Counted from the first letter of the stretch, positions 47,751 to 60,330 are shown. The stretch is DNA of 64,000 nt from Eledone cirrhosa (GCA_964016885.1 OZ024741.1:224440001-224504000); one strand, 5' to 3'. Numbers and translations are program-made. The notes: generated by a model from the sequence alone, not told the origin.

Positions 47751-49917
47751 ACTGTAGACGGATTAGCACTTTAGTTAAACAGCACTTGACAGGGGCCATT
47801 GTCAACAACAGATGGTGGTAGTCTCTCAAGAGGGCAGTTAGATTAGACTCGTTAGTTTTTAGTAAAGAATTAGCGTTAGATAGAAATAGAACCGAGAAAG
47901 AACTGGTAGATAAAGTAGAAGAGGCAATTAGGGGTGGCAACGTAGCCAGCGGGCTAGCAACGAGAACGGCCTTGGACCAACTCTTCAACGCAAAGCACGA
48001 GGGCTGTGTTGTCAGAAGCAAAATACGTGCTCTGGGAAACGAGGGAGCCAAAGCTGTTAGCTGGGCCCGAGTGACGGAGGCGAAAAGTGGCAACAAGTCC
48101 ACGATTCGGTCTTTGAAGGACCAAAACGGACGCGTGATATGTGAGCTGAAGCAGATGTGTGCGGCCTTTCAGCGGCACTTTGCTCAGCTGTTCAGGCAGG
48201 GCAGCGCCCCGGGAGGGGCTATGGATTTCGGTCCATACCACGACGGCCTACCACGACTCTCGGACAGTGAGGCAAAGTTCTGCGAAAACCTGATTTCAGC
48301 CGCTGAGATAGGGGACGCGTTGAGACAATGCAACAAACGCAAATCTCCAGGTCTCGACGGTCTACCCTACGAATTTTACGTAGCAATGCCGGACTTATTC
48401 TCCGGTCTCCTGGAAGCGGTCTACTGCAACTGGCAGCAGAACGGGAGAATTCCCAGTTCTGTGACCGGGGCGTAGTCACACTAGTCAGGAAGGACGAGAA
48501 TAAGGGGGATGACATAGGCAACTTCCGGCCCATAACTCTGCTAAACACAGAGTTACAGATTTTGGACAAGGTGTTGGCAAAGAGGCTGGCGTCGAGAACC
48601 TGGTGGGAGAAGCGCAGACATGCGCAATCCCGACCAGGTCCATACACAACAACCTCCACCTAAAGCGATACATCATAGAGAGGGTTGGGTGTAAACCCGG
48701 CTTCGGTGGGGCCCTGATCAACTTGGATCAGTCTAAGGCTTTCGATAGGGTTGACCATTGTTATCTTGATGCGGTGCTCGAGGCGGCAGGCTTCGGACCC
48801 GTGTTCAGGGGCTGGATTGCTGCAATGCACAACAGCAACATCTGCTCAAGGGTTAAGGTGAACGGCTACCTCTCGGAGCCGTTCTATATCACGCTATTCA
48901 TTCGACAGGGATACCCTCTCTCCTCCCTTCTGTACGTACTGACTCTCGAGCCACTACTGCAGAAGTTGGAGCTATTGCAGGGCATCCCTCTGGAACCGGG
49001 ACTGCGGAAAGCAGCGTCGGCCTACGCCGACGACGTGACAGTAATGGCGTCGAGCACTCGCAAACCGAGGAAGTCGGCACCTTACTGGAGGAATATGAAA
49101 GGTTCACAGGAGCGAAGCTGAACCGGGACAAGTCCATCGGTTTGCAACTCGGATCGTGGAAAGGCAAACTGATGCGCTCCGATGGCGTCGTCGGATGCTG
49201 GACGGAAGGACCAGTAAAGCTGCTCGGGGTCTGGTTTGGTCCGGATCTCCAGGTGGAGAAGAACTGGAACGAGGTGTCGGCCAAGGTATTTGCACTCACC
49301 CAGAAGTGGGTCGAGTGCAAACTATCCTTGAAAGGTCGAGCGGAGGTCGCAAACACTTTTATAGCGTCTGCCATCTACTACCGCTTGACCATCGTGCCTT
49401 GTCCAGCCAAAACGCTTGACAAAATGGAGCACGCGCTCTTCCAATTCCTTTGGAAGAGGTGGGCTCCTTTGGTGAGAAGATCCATCTGCTACCAACGCCC
49501 TTCAAACGGAGGGGTGGGGATGCCGTGGCTGACGATGCGCAAACACGCGCTCAGGTTGCAGCATCTCTACGTATTCCTCACCGGACAACCGGTGTGGGCC
49601 CCATTCGTGAGGCGAGCCTTTCCAGGACTCGTCTCGCTGATTGAGCTGCAGTCCTGGGTCAAGCAAAGACTGAGGAAAATGGGCGACTGGCACATCGAAT
49701 GTGCTCAGGTGCTCACAGCCCTCTGGCAAGTGGACCCGGCGATCAGTGGAGACTCCACTTCGTCATTCTTTAGAGGGTTGATCCGCAGCAAGTGCGATGA
49801 CGTGCTCGGTGAAACTCTAGGCGTAGAGGAAGACGAACTGGCCAGTCTGTTCGGTAGGACCTTCTGCCCGGGACCGATGGACAACTTCCAAAAGTCCCTG
49901 GCCTGGCAGTGCTACCA
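47751..49917 (+). mobile_element. Second Tx1/L1-clade LINE copy (truncated at both ends, frameshifted)
   Basis: Colinear and highly similar to ~26070-28230; retains KSPGLDGLPYEFY and YADD. Confidence 0.95.
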
Positions 49918-49919
49918 AA

Positions 49920-50385
49920 GCCATTTCACTGATTTTCTATCCTACTTACTAAAACTTTGTTTTTGTTTGCCAAGTTTACTCTGAACCCCTTTGATTCTAA
50001 GTTCTATTTCCACAACCAAAATTTCTTCTCTAGTTTTCCCACAGATTCAGTTATAAGAACCAGATCATTACCATACAGAAGTTCCCATAGACAGCCAGTC
50101 TTAAACTCCTCTGTTATGACCTGAAGGACTACAATACACAGAAGTGGCCCGAGGACTGAACTCTGATGTATTCCTACCTTGAATTCCTCATAAAACTCTA
50201 TTCCAACTTTCACTTTACTGATAGCTCCTCTGTATATGACATGTACTTCTCTCACAAGCCATTCTTATATACCTAACTTCTTTAAGGACCATTGGATATC
50301 ATATAGTGACACTCTGTCAAAGGCCTTTACTAGATCAACATTGAACCACTGACTTTTCTTCTTCCAATAAATCTGGTTTTATGTT
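49920..50385 (-). mobile_element. Degraded RTE-clade RT fragment
   Basis: VDLVKAFDRV..; KVGIHQSSVLGPLL..CLWELLYGNDLVLI..LEKKF..WK. Confidence 0.8.
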
Positions 50386-50744
50386 AATGTTTATCTCTAA
50401 CTATCTCTGTAATGGTGGAGGTGGCAGTGTGAACTATAGTGGTGGTGCTTGCATGGGGAGCTATAGCGGGGGTGGCAGTAGTGGTGCTGGTGGTAGCACT
50501 GGTGGTAGTAATGATGGTGGTAGTGATATTGATAGTGAGAGTTTCAGAGGTGGTGTAGGTGTTGGTAGAGGTGGTAATACCTTTATTCAATGTTTATTTT
50601 GATTTTGCAGGATGGTAAGTCATATTTTGAGGGATATTTGACTGCTATTTCTAACAATTTCAAGCAACCATGTATAGCTCCTCTATTGAATTTTACTATC
50701 ATTGGTCTGAATTACAGCAGTTGCTGTTGTTGTTTAACCCAGTT

Positions 50745-51060
50745 CAGCTGCTCTCCGACAGGTTCACGGTCGTGCCCTTGGCAGTGGAGACTTCTGGTGT
50801 CCTTGGCCCTAGGGCTACCTCCCTACTCACCACCATAGGTGCTGAGCTGGCAAGCCACAGGTGTGAGCCTCACGAGTTGGAATGGCTCTTCCAGTGCATC
50901 TCCCTTACCCTCCTCCGAGGAAAAGCCTTCTCCATTCTGTTTGCCGGGGCTGTGGGGAGGCCAGCATGTGGGACCCCATTTGCTCACCATACAGAGAGTT
51001 GGGGAGAGCTAGAGAGATGGAGGCGATGACAGTGGGAGTTCGGCCCTTCCACGTTTGGAC
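50745..51060 (+). mobile_element. CRE-like (RLE) LINE C-terminus and 3' UTR
   Basis: RFTVVPLAVETSGVLGPRA..IG..WLFQCISLTLLRGKAFSIL matches the P.AVET.G..G...QRIS....RGNA pattern. Confidence 0.75.
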
Positions 51061-51364
51061 CATATCCTTATGGTTGTGTTCATTATCTATAGAGTTCATT
51101 CTATTAGTCGATAAATTGCTAATGGACCCTTCAGTGATAAGACATCAACAGGAACTTGGCATTGAGCAGACCTGTGACTAGTTATGACCCTTTCATATTT
51201 GTCAAATGTCTAAGAAACCTATAACTACATTATTCAATGTATCCATTTCTAAGAAATAAAGTGTGAGTCAACCCTTTTGATACCAAACCACCTGAAATCA
51301 CACCCTGTTTTATAATACAAAACTTGCTCCTTTTAAAGTTTTCATACTTATATTGATTTTTAAT

Positions 51365-51570
51365 TTAGGCACAAGGCCAGCAATTTTTTTAGTGGGGAAG
51401 GCCTAAGTTGATTAAATCAATCCCAGTACTTGACTGGTATTTTATCAATCTTGGAAGGATGAAAGGCAAAGTTGATTTTGGCAGGATTTGAACTCAGAAC
51501 ATAAAGAGCCAGAATAAATATTGCTAAGTATTTGTCCAACATTCTAAAGACTGTTAATCTGCCATCCTCT
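51365..51570 (-). mobile_element. SINE family A (older copy)
   Basis: GGCACAAGGCCAGCAATT..GGATGAAAGGCAAAGTTGA..GATTTGAACTCAGA. Confidence 0.8.
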
Positions 51571-52694
51571 GTGAAGAAATAATAATGATTTTGTGTCATG
51601 TCATAATGGTATTGAAATTTGAATGTATATAACATAACATGAGGTATAAAATAAGATGCCTCTGTGTTTTTTTTTCTGGTTGTTTTATTTTATCATAGAT
51701 TAATATTTAAATTAAGAATGGAGGAGGAATGGAATGTGAAACTAGCAATCTTATCTCCATTAATCAAAATTGATACAGAAACGATGAAGGCTGCCCAATA
51801 CACCATAGAGAGCAAACAGAACTAAAGAAGGCAAAGAAGCAGTAGAAGAAGGCAAAGAAGAAGAAGAAGAAGGCAAAGAAGAAGAAGAAGGCAAAGAAGA
51901 AGAAGAAGAAGAAGAAGAAGAAGAAGAAGAATGCATTATATCCAATGCAGGATTATACTGAGCTCTTTCTACTATTCTACTATATAATATTCTGTTTGTC
52001 AATACATACTCTGTCCTGCTGAGCAGTGTCGTCTTAATATATTTAGTCATACACTGTTAGTTATAATGTGTAATTACTATGTCCAGTATCATCTGAACTG
52101 ACATCATATAAATCCTACTGATTATATCCTTAATATTGCTATTTACTGAACAAAGAGATGAATTCTCCATAGCCACAGATGTAACACTACACAACTAGTC
52201 ATCTGCTTCTCTCAAACGATAGACTGCTGGTCGAAATTGTTGCCATGTTGCAACATCTTGCAGAGATTCTATTGAATAAAATGTTTCACAGCTATACACA
52301 CATCACATTAACAGAATGCAATACAAAATGGAAATAAAGTAAATCCTGTTCTAGGAAAGAAAGAATTGGGAAAATGTATATGTTAGAACAGTGATGTTGG
52401 TGGTGTTGGTGTTGATGGCGTAATTCTTTGAAAATCGGTATTGGAATCCAGGCTGAGTAATTGGAGAATGGCCGCTAAATGTAAAGGAACTGGATGAAGC
52501 TGATAGCATTTGGATGAATGCCTCAAGAAAAATAAGGAGAGAGAAAAAAAAAGGAGGGAGGAGAGAAAAATATTAATAAAATTGGAGTTGTCATTGGTGA
52601 AATATTCATCAGAAAGATGACAAGTTTTCTACTCTGGAGATCAAGACTGAGAGAGCTTTCAAATTCAATAACGCCATAGAATAACCAAAAAATG

Positions 52695-52858
52695 CTACAA
52701 GAAGTTCCAGAACGGCATTGTATCTGTCAAATACAATGTAACAACAGTATTGGATCCGTTAGCAATATTGGAAATACGTAGGAAGTCTGCTTGGTGACTT
52801 GGAGTTGGATAATGGTAAAAATGGCTTCTCCATTCTTTAGACGTAAACCATTTCTCAA
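52695..52858 (-). CDS. Probable terminal coding exon of an unidentified host gene (xEKWFTSKEWRSHFYHYPTPSHQADFLRISNIANGSNTVVTLYLTDTMPFWNFL*)
   Basis: Strong acceptor cttttttgtttcattcag, 53 codons of complex non-TE sequence ending in TAG, followed by ~1 kb of unique UTR-like DNA with a minus-strand AATAAA near 51684. No upstream exon was identified in the window. Confidence 0.65.
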
Positions 52859-53249
52859 CTGAATGAAACAAAAAAGAAAAAAGTTAATAAAACTAGATTG
52901 GTACTGATTAAATTTATGTGATTGCTTGGTATTTTTGGTAGAGAATTTAGAAGCTGCAGACTTAATATTTTGTAATTTTCTAATTCATTGCCAGCTGGCT
53001 TTGTATTCAAATTCTCATGAAACTGATTTAACTTTTCATAAGGTTTAGTATTTATAAATGATTATGATGCTGATGATGATGCTGATGATGATGAGGATGG
53101 TGGTAAGGATGATGATTATGATGATGAGGAGGATTATTATTATGACAATGCTACTGCTGTTGTTGCTGCTGCTGCTGATGAGGATGATGAAAATATCTAT
53201 CCTATTATATGGATACAGCTTGCAAAACTGATTAGGAAATCAACTTCTC

Positions 53250-53375
53250 TACTATGAGGACTCCAGTGTGATCTTCCTGTGTCGCATCTTGGGCAAGTGT
53301 CTTTAATCATAGTCACAGGTTGACTCAAGCATTGTGAGTGTAATTGAATAGATGGAAACTATACAGAAGCCCTTT
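53250..53375 (+). mobile_element. Degenerate SINE family C (related pieces at 54225-54300 on + and 59525-59587 on -)
   Basis: Shared CTTGGGCAAGTGTCTT..TTGTGAGT..AGATGGAAACT...GAAGCC. Confidence 0.6.
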
Positions 53376-53426
53376 GGTTGGATTGTAGTTCTCTATATAT
53401 AAATTTCTGTGAATCTGACACAAAAC

Positions 53427-53477
53427 GTAAAGAGAGAGGAGTAGTTTGACTACCTCATACTACTCCTCTCTCTTTAC
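53427..53477. repeat. 51-nt hairpin (23-bp arms, 1 mismatch, 5-nt loop)
   Basis: GTAAAGAGAGAGGAGTAGTTTGA-CTACC-TCATACTACTCCTCTCTCTTTAC. Confidence 0.9.
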
Positions 53478-53944
53478 ATCTGCTGCCTGCATAAATGTAT
53501 GTGTGTGTAAAAGGAAGGAAGGGGTTGTAAGCGTGTCTGTATTTGTATGTTTATATTCATATACATATAAATGTATGCATATGCACACACGCACACACAT
53601 ATGCGTCAGGATATGGAAAAAAATTCTAGTAATTCAAAAGGTCAATATTTCATCAGACTGATTCTGCTTGAGGATTGAAAGTATATATATCTGTGGAATA
53701 CTCAGCCACTTACATGCTATTTCAATGAGCAGATAGTTAAGTTGTCCAAACAGCTGAATACTGTAAGATGCTCTCTGATGATGTGTTGGCAGTTGAGTGA
53801 TGACTGCATTGTGTAATAATGAATGCCACAAACATATGTATTATGACTGATTCTGAATAAAATGTGTCATTAATTTTTCCATCTGGCCTTCACAATCTTA
53901 TCTGCTATAAGTACATCAATATACACTCTTGACAGGTGCAATGA

Positions 53945-54107
53945 AGTCCGAACACAGAAGAGCTGAACTCCCACCGTCATCTCCCCCCCTGTCTCTCTGT
54001 AGAGTGACCAAATAGGGTCCCACATGCTGGCTGCCTCACAGCCCTGGCAGACAGAATGGAGAAGGCGTTTCCCCGGAGGATGGTAAGGGAGATCGGCTGG
54101 AAGAGCC
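53945..54107 (-). mobile_element. Second CRE-like 3' fragment, inverted relative to 50884-51045
   Basis: Reverse complement GGCTCTTCCAG..ATCTCCCTTACC.TCCTCCG.GGAAA.GCCTTCTCCATTCTGT..CAGCATGTGGGACCC.ATTTG..GATGAC.GTGGGAGTTC. Confidence 0.85.
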
Positions 54108-54299
54108 TGTCGAACATAGCAGAGATCCCATTTTTAATATTGCAATATATAGGTACAGGTGTAGCAGATTGGTGAAGAAGTTTGCAATGATTCTAGGTTT
54201 AACCTCAATGTGTGGCACTATGTAAAGTATCTCTTACTTGGCTTGACCAATACTTTGTGAGTAGAATTTGGTAGATGGAAACTTTGTGGAAGCTTGTCA

Positions 54300-56220
54300 T
54301 ATATACATATGTGTATGTATGTGAGTGTTTGTGTGTGTATATGAGTGTGTGAGTGCATGTGTGTGTATGTGTGTTGTATGTGTCTGTAATGGTATGTGTG
54401 TGTATGTAAGTGTGTGTATGTAAGTGTGTGAGTGAATGTGTGTGTATGTGTGTTGTATGTGTCTGTAATGGTATGTGTGTGTATGTGAGTGTGTGAGTGC
54501 ATGTGTGTGTATGTGTGTTGTATGTGTCTGTAATGGTATGTGTGTGTATGTGAGTGCATGTGTGTGTGTGTGTTGTATGTGTCAGTAATGGTATATGTGT
54601 GTGTAGTGTATGTATGTCTGTGAATGTGTATGTGATGATATATATGTGTGCATGTATATATGTGTACGTATGTCTGTGTTTGTGTGTGTGGGATGATATG
54701 TATGTGTGCATGTGTATGAGTGTGTGTGTGCGTGTGTGTGTGTGCGCGCGCGCGTGTGTGTGTGTGCATGTGCGTAGTGTGTGTGTTTGTATATAATATT
54801 TGGTCCCTGTTCATTCTGCATGCTTGGTTGAGTCCATTTTAGTGCATCAAAGGGAGAGGAAGGGTTAGCAAGGAGGGGGGGGTGTTCTGGCCTGGGTGAT
54901 ACTTTTATGGTGGTGATACCTTTGGGTCTGTTGTATATATTTGAGTATGTGTAAGGGCCAGAAGAGGCAGTGCAAGTCAAAGCACGACAACCAACTGAAG
55001 GTCTATCCCTGGCAGCACACACTTTTGCAATGCTACTGCCAGCACCTTATTTCAAAGACCACTTTGCAGTACAGCTCCTCATCTCTTTCTGTCGGTCCTC
55101 CTATCTTTCACACACTCTCTCTCTCTATCTCTTTATCTGTCTCTTTCTCTCCTCCACCTCTCTATCTCTTCTTCCCCTCCCTCTATCTGCCCACCTCTAT
55201 CTATCGCTCTATCTAATCTATTTGTCTATATCTACCTATCTATGTCTACCACCTCCACCACCACCACCACCACCACCACCACAACACCACTACCACCTCC
55301 ACCACCACCACCACCACCACCACCACCACCACCACACACCACCACCACCACACCACCACCATACCACCACTACTACCACCACCATACCACCACTACTACC
55401 ACCACCACCACAACACCACTACCACCTCCACCATCACACCACCACCACCACACCACCACCACCACCACCACCACCACAACACCACTACCACCTCCACCAT
55501 CACACCACCACCATACCACAACCACTACCACCACTACCACCACCACCACCACCACCACCACCATTATTGATATTACTCATGTCCCTTTTATCAGTTATCA
55601 GCTTTTTCAGCTATACATTAGGTGAGATTTGATGTTGTTGTTATGATGATGATGGTGGTGTTGATGGTGATGATGATGGTGATGGTGGTGTTGATGATGA
55701 TGGTGATGGTGATGATGGTGGTGGTGTTGATGATGATGGTGATGATGTTGGTGATGATGATGGTGATGGTGGTGTTGATGATGATGGTGATGGTGATGAT
55801 GTTGGTGATGGTGATGGTGATGGTGATGGTGGTGTTGATGATGATGGTGAGGGTGATGATGTTGATACTATTCAACCAATTCTACCAGTTCTATTAATTC
55901 TACCAATCTACTGTTCTACCAGTTCTATCAATTCTACCAATCTACCAGTTCTATCAATTCTACCAATCTACCAGTTCTATCAATTCTACCAATCTACCAG
56001 TTCTACCAGCTCTATCAATTCTACCAATCTACCAGTTCTACCAGTTCTATCTATCAATTCTACCAATCTACCAGTTCTACCATTCTACCAGTTCTACCAG
56101 TTTGATCAGTGCTAACAATTCTAACAATCTACCAGTTCTACCAGTTCTATCAATTCTACCAATCTACTAATTTTACCAATTCTACCAGTTCTACCAGTTC
56201 TACTAGTTCTACCAGTCTAC
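54300..56220. repeat. Simple-repeat cluster: (GT)n-derived at 54300-54790, (CCA)n at 55245-55565, (GAT/GGT)n at 55630-55865, 8-9-bp TCTACCAGT/TCTACCAA array at 55870-56220
   Basis: Directly visible. Confidence 0.92.
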
Positions 56221-57084
56221 TGGGCTTCTTTGGAGACAATAATCATTTGAAATGGAGAACCTCTTTTTGGAAAAGAGAAAAGAAACGAAAATGCCAAACT
56301 TTATTTTCACTTTTCTAAAACATTGAAAATATTTTGGCAAAAAAAAAAAAAATTTTAATGTTAACCATGACAGTGTGTCTGGTCTGTCTTACAAAGGAAA
56401 ATAATAACAATAGACAAAAATAAAGAAAAATAGATAAATAAAATGTACAAAAAAAACCACTAAAAAATGACAAAAAAATACAAAACAAAACAAGGATGAA
56501 TTTGTGGTATCAATGATGACTTAATTATAGTTTTAAATGTAGTTCATTAGTCTACTCCAGACTAGAGGTTTTTGTGGTTGCTATGGCTACAGGATTATTA
56601 CAGGGTCTGGCAAGCATGATATAAAATATATAAAATAAAAAAAAATAAGAAGAATAAAAAAACACACCCAAAACAACCACAGAAAAAAAAAAAAAGAAAT
56701 CCATAACAAATCTCTGCTGCTATTAGTGTCCGAGTAGGCAAATAAAGTGTGATGGCGTCTTTCATGTCATCATAAATAATGTTAGTAATAGCAGGCTGGT
56801 TTTATGATAGTGCTCAGTTAAGCAACATTGCAGCCCTGGCTGATTGATTCTGCTGCCACCAAAACCACAGTCAAAGAATTTAGGTGCAGTAGCAGTAGCA
56901 GTAGCAGAGGTGAAGTCTTTCATTAATTTTCTGTTTTTTTTTTATTTTAACATTTTATTTTGAGGATTGTTTTAAATACATTAAAAAAATTTTTTTATTT
57001 GTAAAAGACATGGAAAAATAACTTTGTATGTATATTTAGGTCTTATGGGTATGTATATGTTCAAGATTATACATATATATATGG

Positions 57085-57120
<36 letters not shown>

Positions 57121-57198
57121 TTATATATATATATACTATATTATATAAACACATGATAAATTGGCATATGCCTTTCACACACACATACATACACACAC

Positions 57199-57294
<96 letters not shown>

Positions 57295-57324
57295 CAACTA
57301 TATATATATATACATATATGTGTG

Positions 57325-57380
<56 letters not shown>

Positions 57381-57381
<1 letters not shown>

Positions 57382-57612
57382 GTTTTCTTCCTTTCTTTAC
57401 TCTCCTTCCACACACACACACACATACAAATATACAAGTATATATATATATATATATATATATTGATGTATACATATATTCGTGTGTGTATGTACTGCCC
57501 CCCCCCCCCCCCCGAACATATATACAGACATAAAACATCAACATACATACTAAGTTATTTTTTCAAGTTTTTTGTGAAAAAAAACAACTATATATATATA
57601 CATATATGTGTG

Positions 57613-57668
<56 letters not shown>

Positions 57669-57900
57669 CACACATATATGTATATATATATAGTTGTTTT
57701 TTTTCACAAAAAACTTGAAAAAATAACTTAGTATGTATGTTGATGTTTTATGTCTGTATATATGTTCGGGGGGGGGGGGGGCAGTACATACACACACGAA
57801 TATATGTATACATCAATATATATATATATATATATATATATACTTGTATATTTGTATGTGTGTGTGTGTGTGGAAGGAGAGTAAAGAAAGGAAGAAAACA
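57381..57900. repeat. About 520-bp palindrome centred on (TA)n at ~57640
   Basis: TGTTTTCTTCCTTTCTTTACTCTCCTTCC...AAAACAACTA / TAGTTGTTTT...GGAAGGAGAGTAAAGAAAGGAAGAAAACA. The arms differ only in microsatellite/homopolymer lengths. Confidence 0.95.
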
Positions 57901-58169
57901 TTCTGCTGTTGAACTAGGAAGGGGATTATCCACCATTCTACTCTCCCCCTCCACCTAACCAAGGCAGAAGACAGAAACAAAGTATCCACTGTATTCGTTT
58001 CCGTTTTGCTTTCTTTCTTTTTATTACAGCTCCTATTTTTTCCTCATGTATAGCTAGCTGTCTTGTTTATTTTCTGTTATCTTTCCTTTTAACTGGTTTC
58101 AATAATTAAACTGCGACCATGCTGGGGCATCGCTTTGATTTAGTTGATCATATCGCTTTGATTTAGTTG

Positions 58170-58653
58170 ATCAATTTTAGGGAAGGGGAAAGTTGATTAA
58201 ATCGACCCCAGTGCATTACTTGTGCTTTATTTTATCGACCCCGTAAGGATGAAAGGCAAAGTTAACTTTGGCAGGATTTGAACTCAGATTATAAAGGGCC
58301 ATAACTCTGTGCCATTAAGCAAGTTGTCCAATGCTCCCCTGATACTGCCAATTGAACCCAAGTCTGGTACTTATTTTATCAATCTTTTTTTGTTGTTGAA
58401 CTATATAAACACTGACACATACACAAATGTAAACATAGTCATGGCCATACATAATTACCGTATTTCCCGGCACCGAAGACGCTTCATCCTCGAGGATGCA
58501 CCCTAACTTTAACAACCAAAAATTTGAAAAGAAATAATTGTTTCTACTTTAGGCACAAGGCCAGCAAATTAACCAGTGCATTACTGGTACTTTATTTTAT
58601 CGACCCCGTAAGGATGAAAGGTAAAGTCAACCTCGGCGAGATTTGAACTCAGA
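58170..58653 (-). mobile_element. Two SINE family A copies (about 58170-58350 and 58535-58653), with a possible Tc2/pogo-like end (TA-CCGTATTTCCCGG) at 58458 between them
   Basis: TTTATTTTATCGACCCCGTAAGGATGAAAGG.AAAGT..GATTTGAACTCAGA occurs twice. Confidence 0.8.
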
Positions 58654-59120
58654 CAGCAACGTATACCTTCCTGCCAGATGATTGAATGTCTGAAAGTATA
58701 TACTTTCCTTATGCATATTAACGGCTGAGCAGCCTAATTTGCATATCGAGTGAGTTAAGCGGCCGTTATGAGTTAACTCACTCGATATGCAAATTAGGCT
58801 GCTCAGCCGTTAATATGCATAAGGAAAGTATATACTTTCAGACGTTCAATTATCTGGCAGGAAGGTATACGTTGCTGATGATAGCTAATAAGCTTGAAAC
58901 TATTACAGCGTTCCTTTGTCAGTGTTGAACAAATGAGCAACGATGGTTGCTAGACACTGTACGGCTTAACTCGGGATGTTTGTTTACAAACACACCGAGC
59001 ATTATAATAAATGTTCGGTGAATCCATACGTACATATATATATGTGTGTGCATGTATGTATATATATATACATACTACTGTACGTCTGTATACATATATG
59101 TATGTACATATACATACTTA
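58654..59120 (+). mobile_element. Hammerhead-bearing PLE-like repeat copy 2, preceded by a 105-bp inverted duplication of its own 5' part
   Basis: Arms 58654-58758 and 58773-58877 (2 mismatches, 14-nt spacer); 58864-59120 matches 13447-13700. Confidence 0.75.
58869..58911 (+). ncRNA. Minimal type-I hammerhead motif (copy 2; stem III G>T variant)
   Basis: ACGTTG-CTGATGA-TAGCTAATAAGCTT-GAAAC-TATTA-CAGCGT. Stem I extends via GGAA/TTCC, CTGGCA/TGTCAG and GTTCAA/TTGAAC. Confidence 0.65.
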
Positions 59121-59179
59121 TATTTAAGTAACAGCCGTACTAAGAGTGAGAAATGAAATTTTGTTTCATTTTTTCCATT

Positions 59180-59435
59180 TATATATCTATCTATCTAAGG
59201 CGGGTAAAATTCCCAAGATCCATGGACGAGTTCTCTCCAGCGGTCTCTGTCCCTCATCATCGCTGCCATATCCTGCATCTCCAACAGACCAGTGTCTGTC
59301 CTTAGGGCATCAACATATGTTAACCTTGGTCTTCCTCTTCTAGTGTGTCCATGTAGGGGCTCCCAAAGGAGCACTGAGTGCAATGTCAACTCTGGATGTC
59401 GGTGAGCATGTCCAGCCAACCTCAGTCTTCTCTGT
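59180..59435 (-). mobile_element. RTE/RTE-X LINE 3' end with short (TAGA)n tail
   Basis: RLRLAGHAHRHPEL..LLWEPLHGHTRRGRPRLTYVDAL..MRDRDRWR. Confidence 0.85.
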
Positions 59436-59634
59436 CTATATATACATATATATAGAGAAATATATATATATATTTATATATATATACACACACATATATA
59501 TACACACACATATATATATATACACAATGGACTTCTTCAGTTTCTAGCTATCAAATTCCACTCACAAGGCATTGGCCAACCAAGGCATTGCTGTTGTTAT
59601 TGCCACCACCAACACCATCACCATCATAGACATG

Positions 59635-60120
59635 GTATTGGTGATGATGATGATGATGGTGGTACTCATGATAGTGACAATGATGATGATGATGATGGTG
59701 GTGGTGATGATGGTGAGGATGATGATGATGAGGATGGTGATGATGATGATGATGATGATTATGATGATGATGATGGTGGTGATGATGATATGATGGGGAT
59801 GGTGGTGATGACGGTGGTGATGATAATGATGATGATGATGATGATGATGATGGTGGAGATGATGATGACGGTGATGATAATGATGATGGTGGAGATGATG
59901 ATGACGGTGATGATAATGATGATGGTGGTGATGATGGGGATGGTGGTGATGATGGTGGTGATGATAATGATGATGGTGGTGATGATGGTGGTGATGGTGG
60001 TGATGATAATGATGATGGTGGTGATGATGGTGGTGATGGTGGTGATGACAATGATGATGGTGGTGATGATAATGATGGAAATGATGACAATGATGATGAT
60101 GACATTGGTGATGATGACAA
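59635..60120. repeat. (GAT/GGT)n triplet repeat
   Basis: Directly visible. Confidence 0.95.
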
Positions 60121-60147
60121 CGTCGACAACAACAAGACAACTATGAC

Positions 60148-60330
60148 AATAATTGTTTCTACTTTTGGCACAAGGCCAGCAATTAGCCCCAGCGCATTAT
60201 TTTATCGAACCCGTAAGGATGAGAGGCAAAGTTAACCTCGGCGGGATTTGACCTCAGATCGTAAAGGGGCGTAACTCTATGCTGCTAATTATGGCGTCCG
60301 ACCCTCTACCGATACTGCCACTCCACCAAC
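60148..60330 (-). mobile_element. SINE family A, full length
   Basis: Reverse complement of the unit at 20262-20455; CTATGACAATAAT / CTCTGACAATAAT flanks look TSD-like. Confidence 0.88.
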
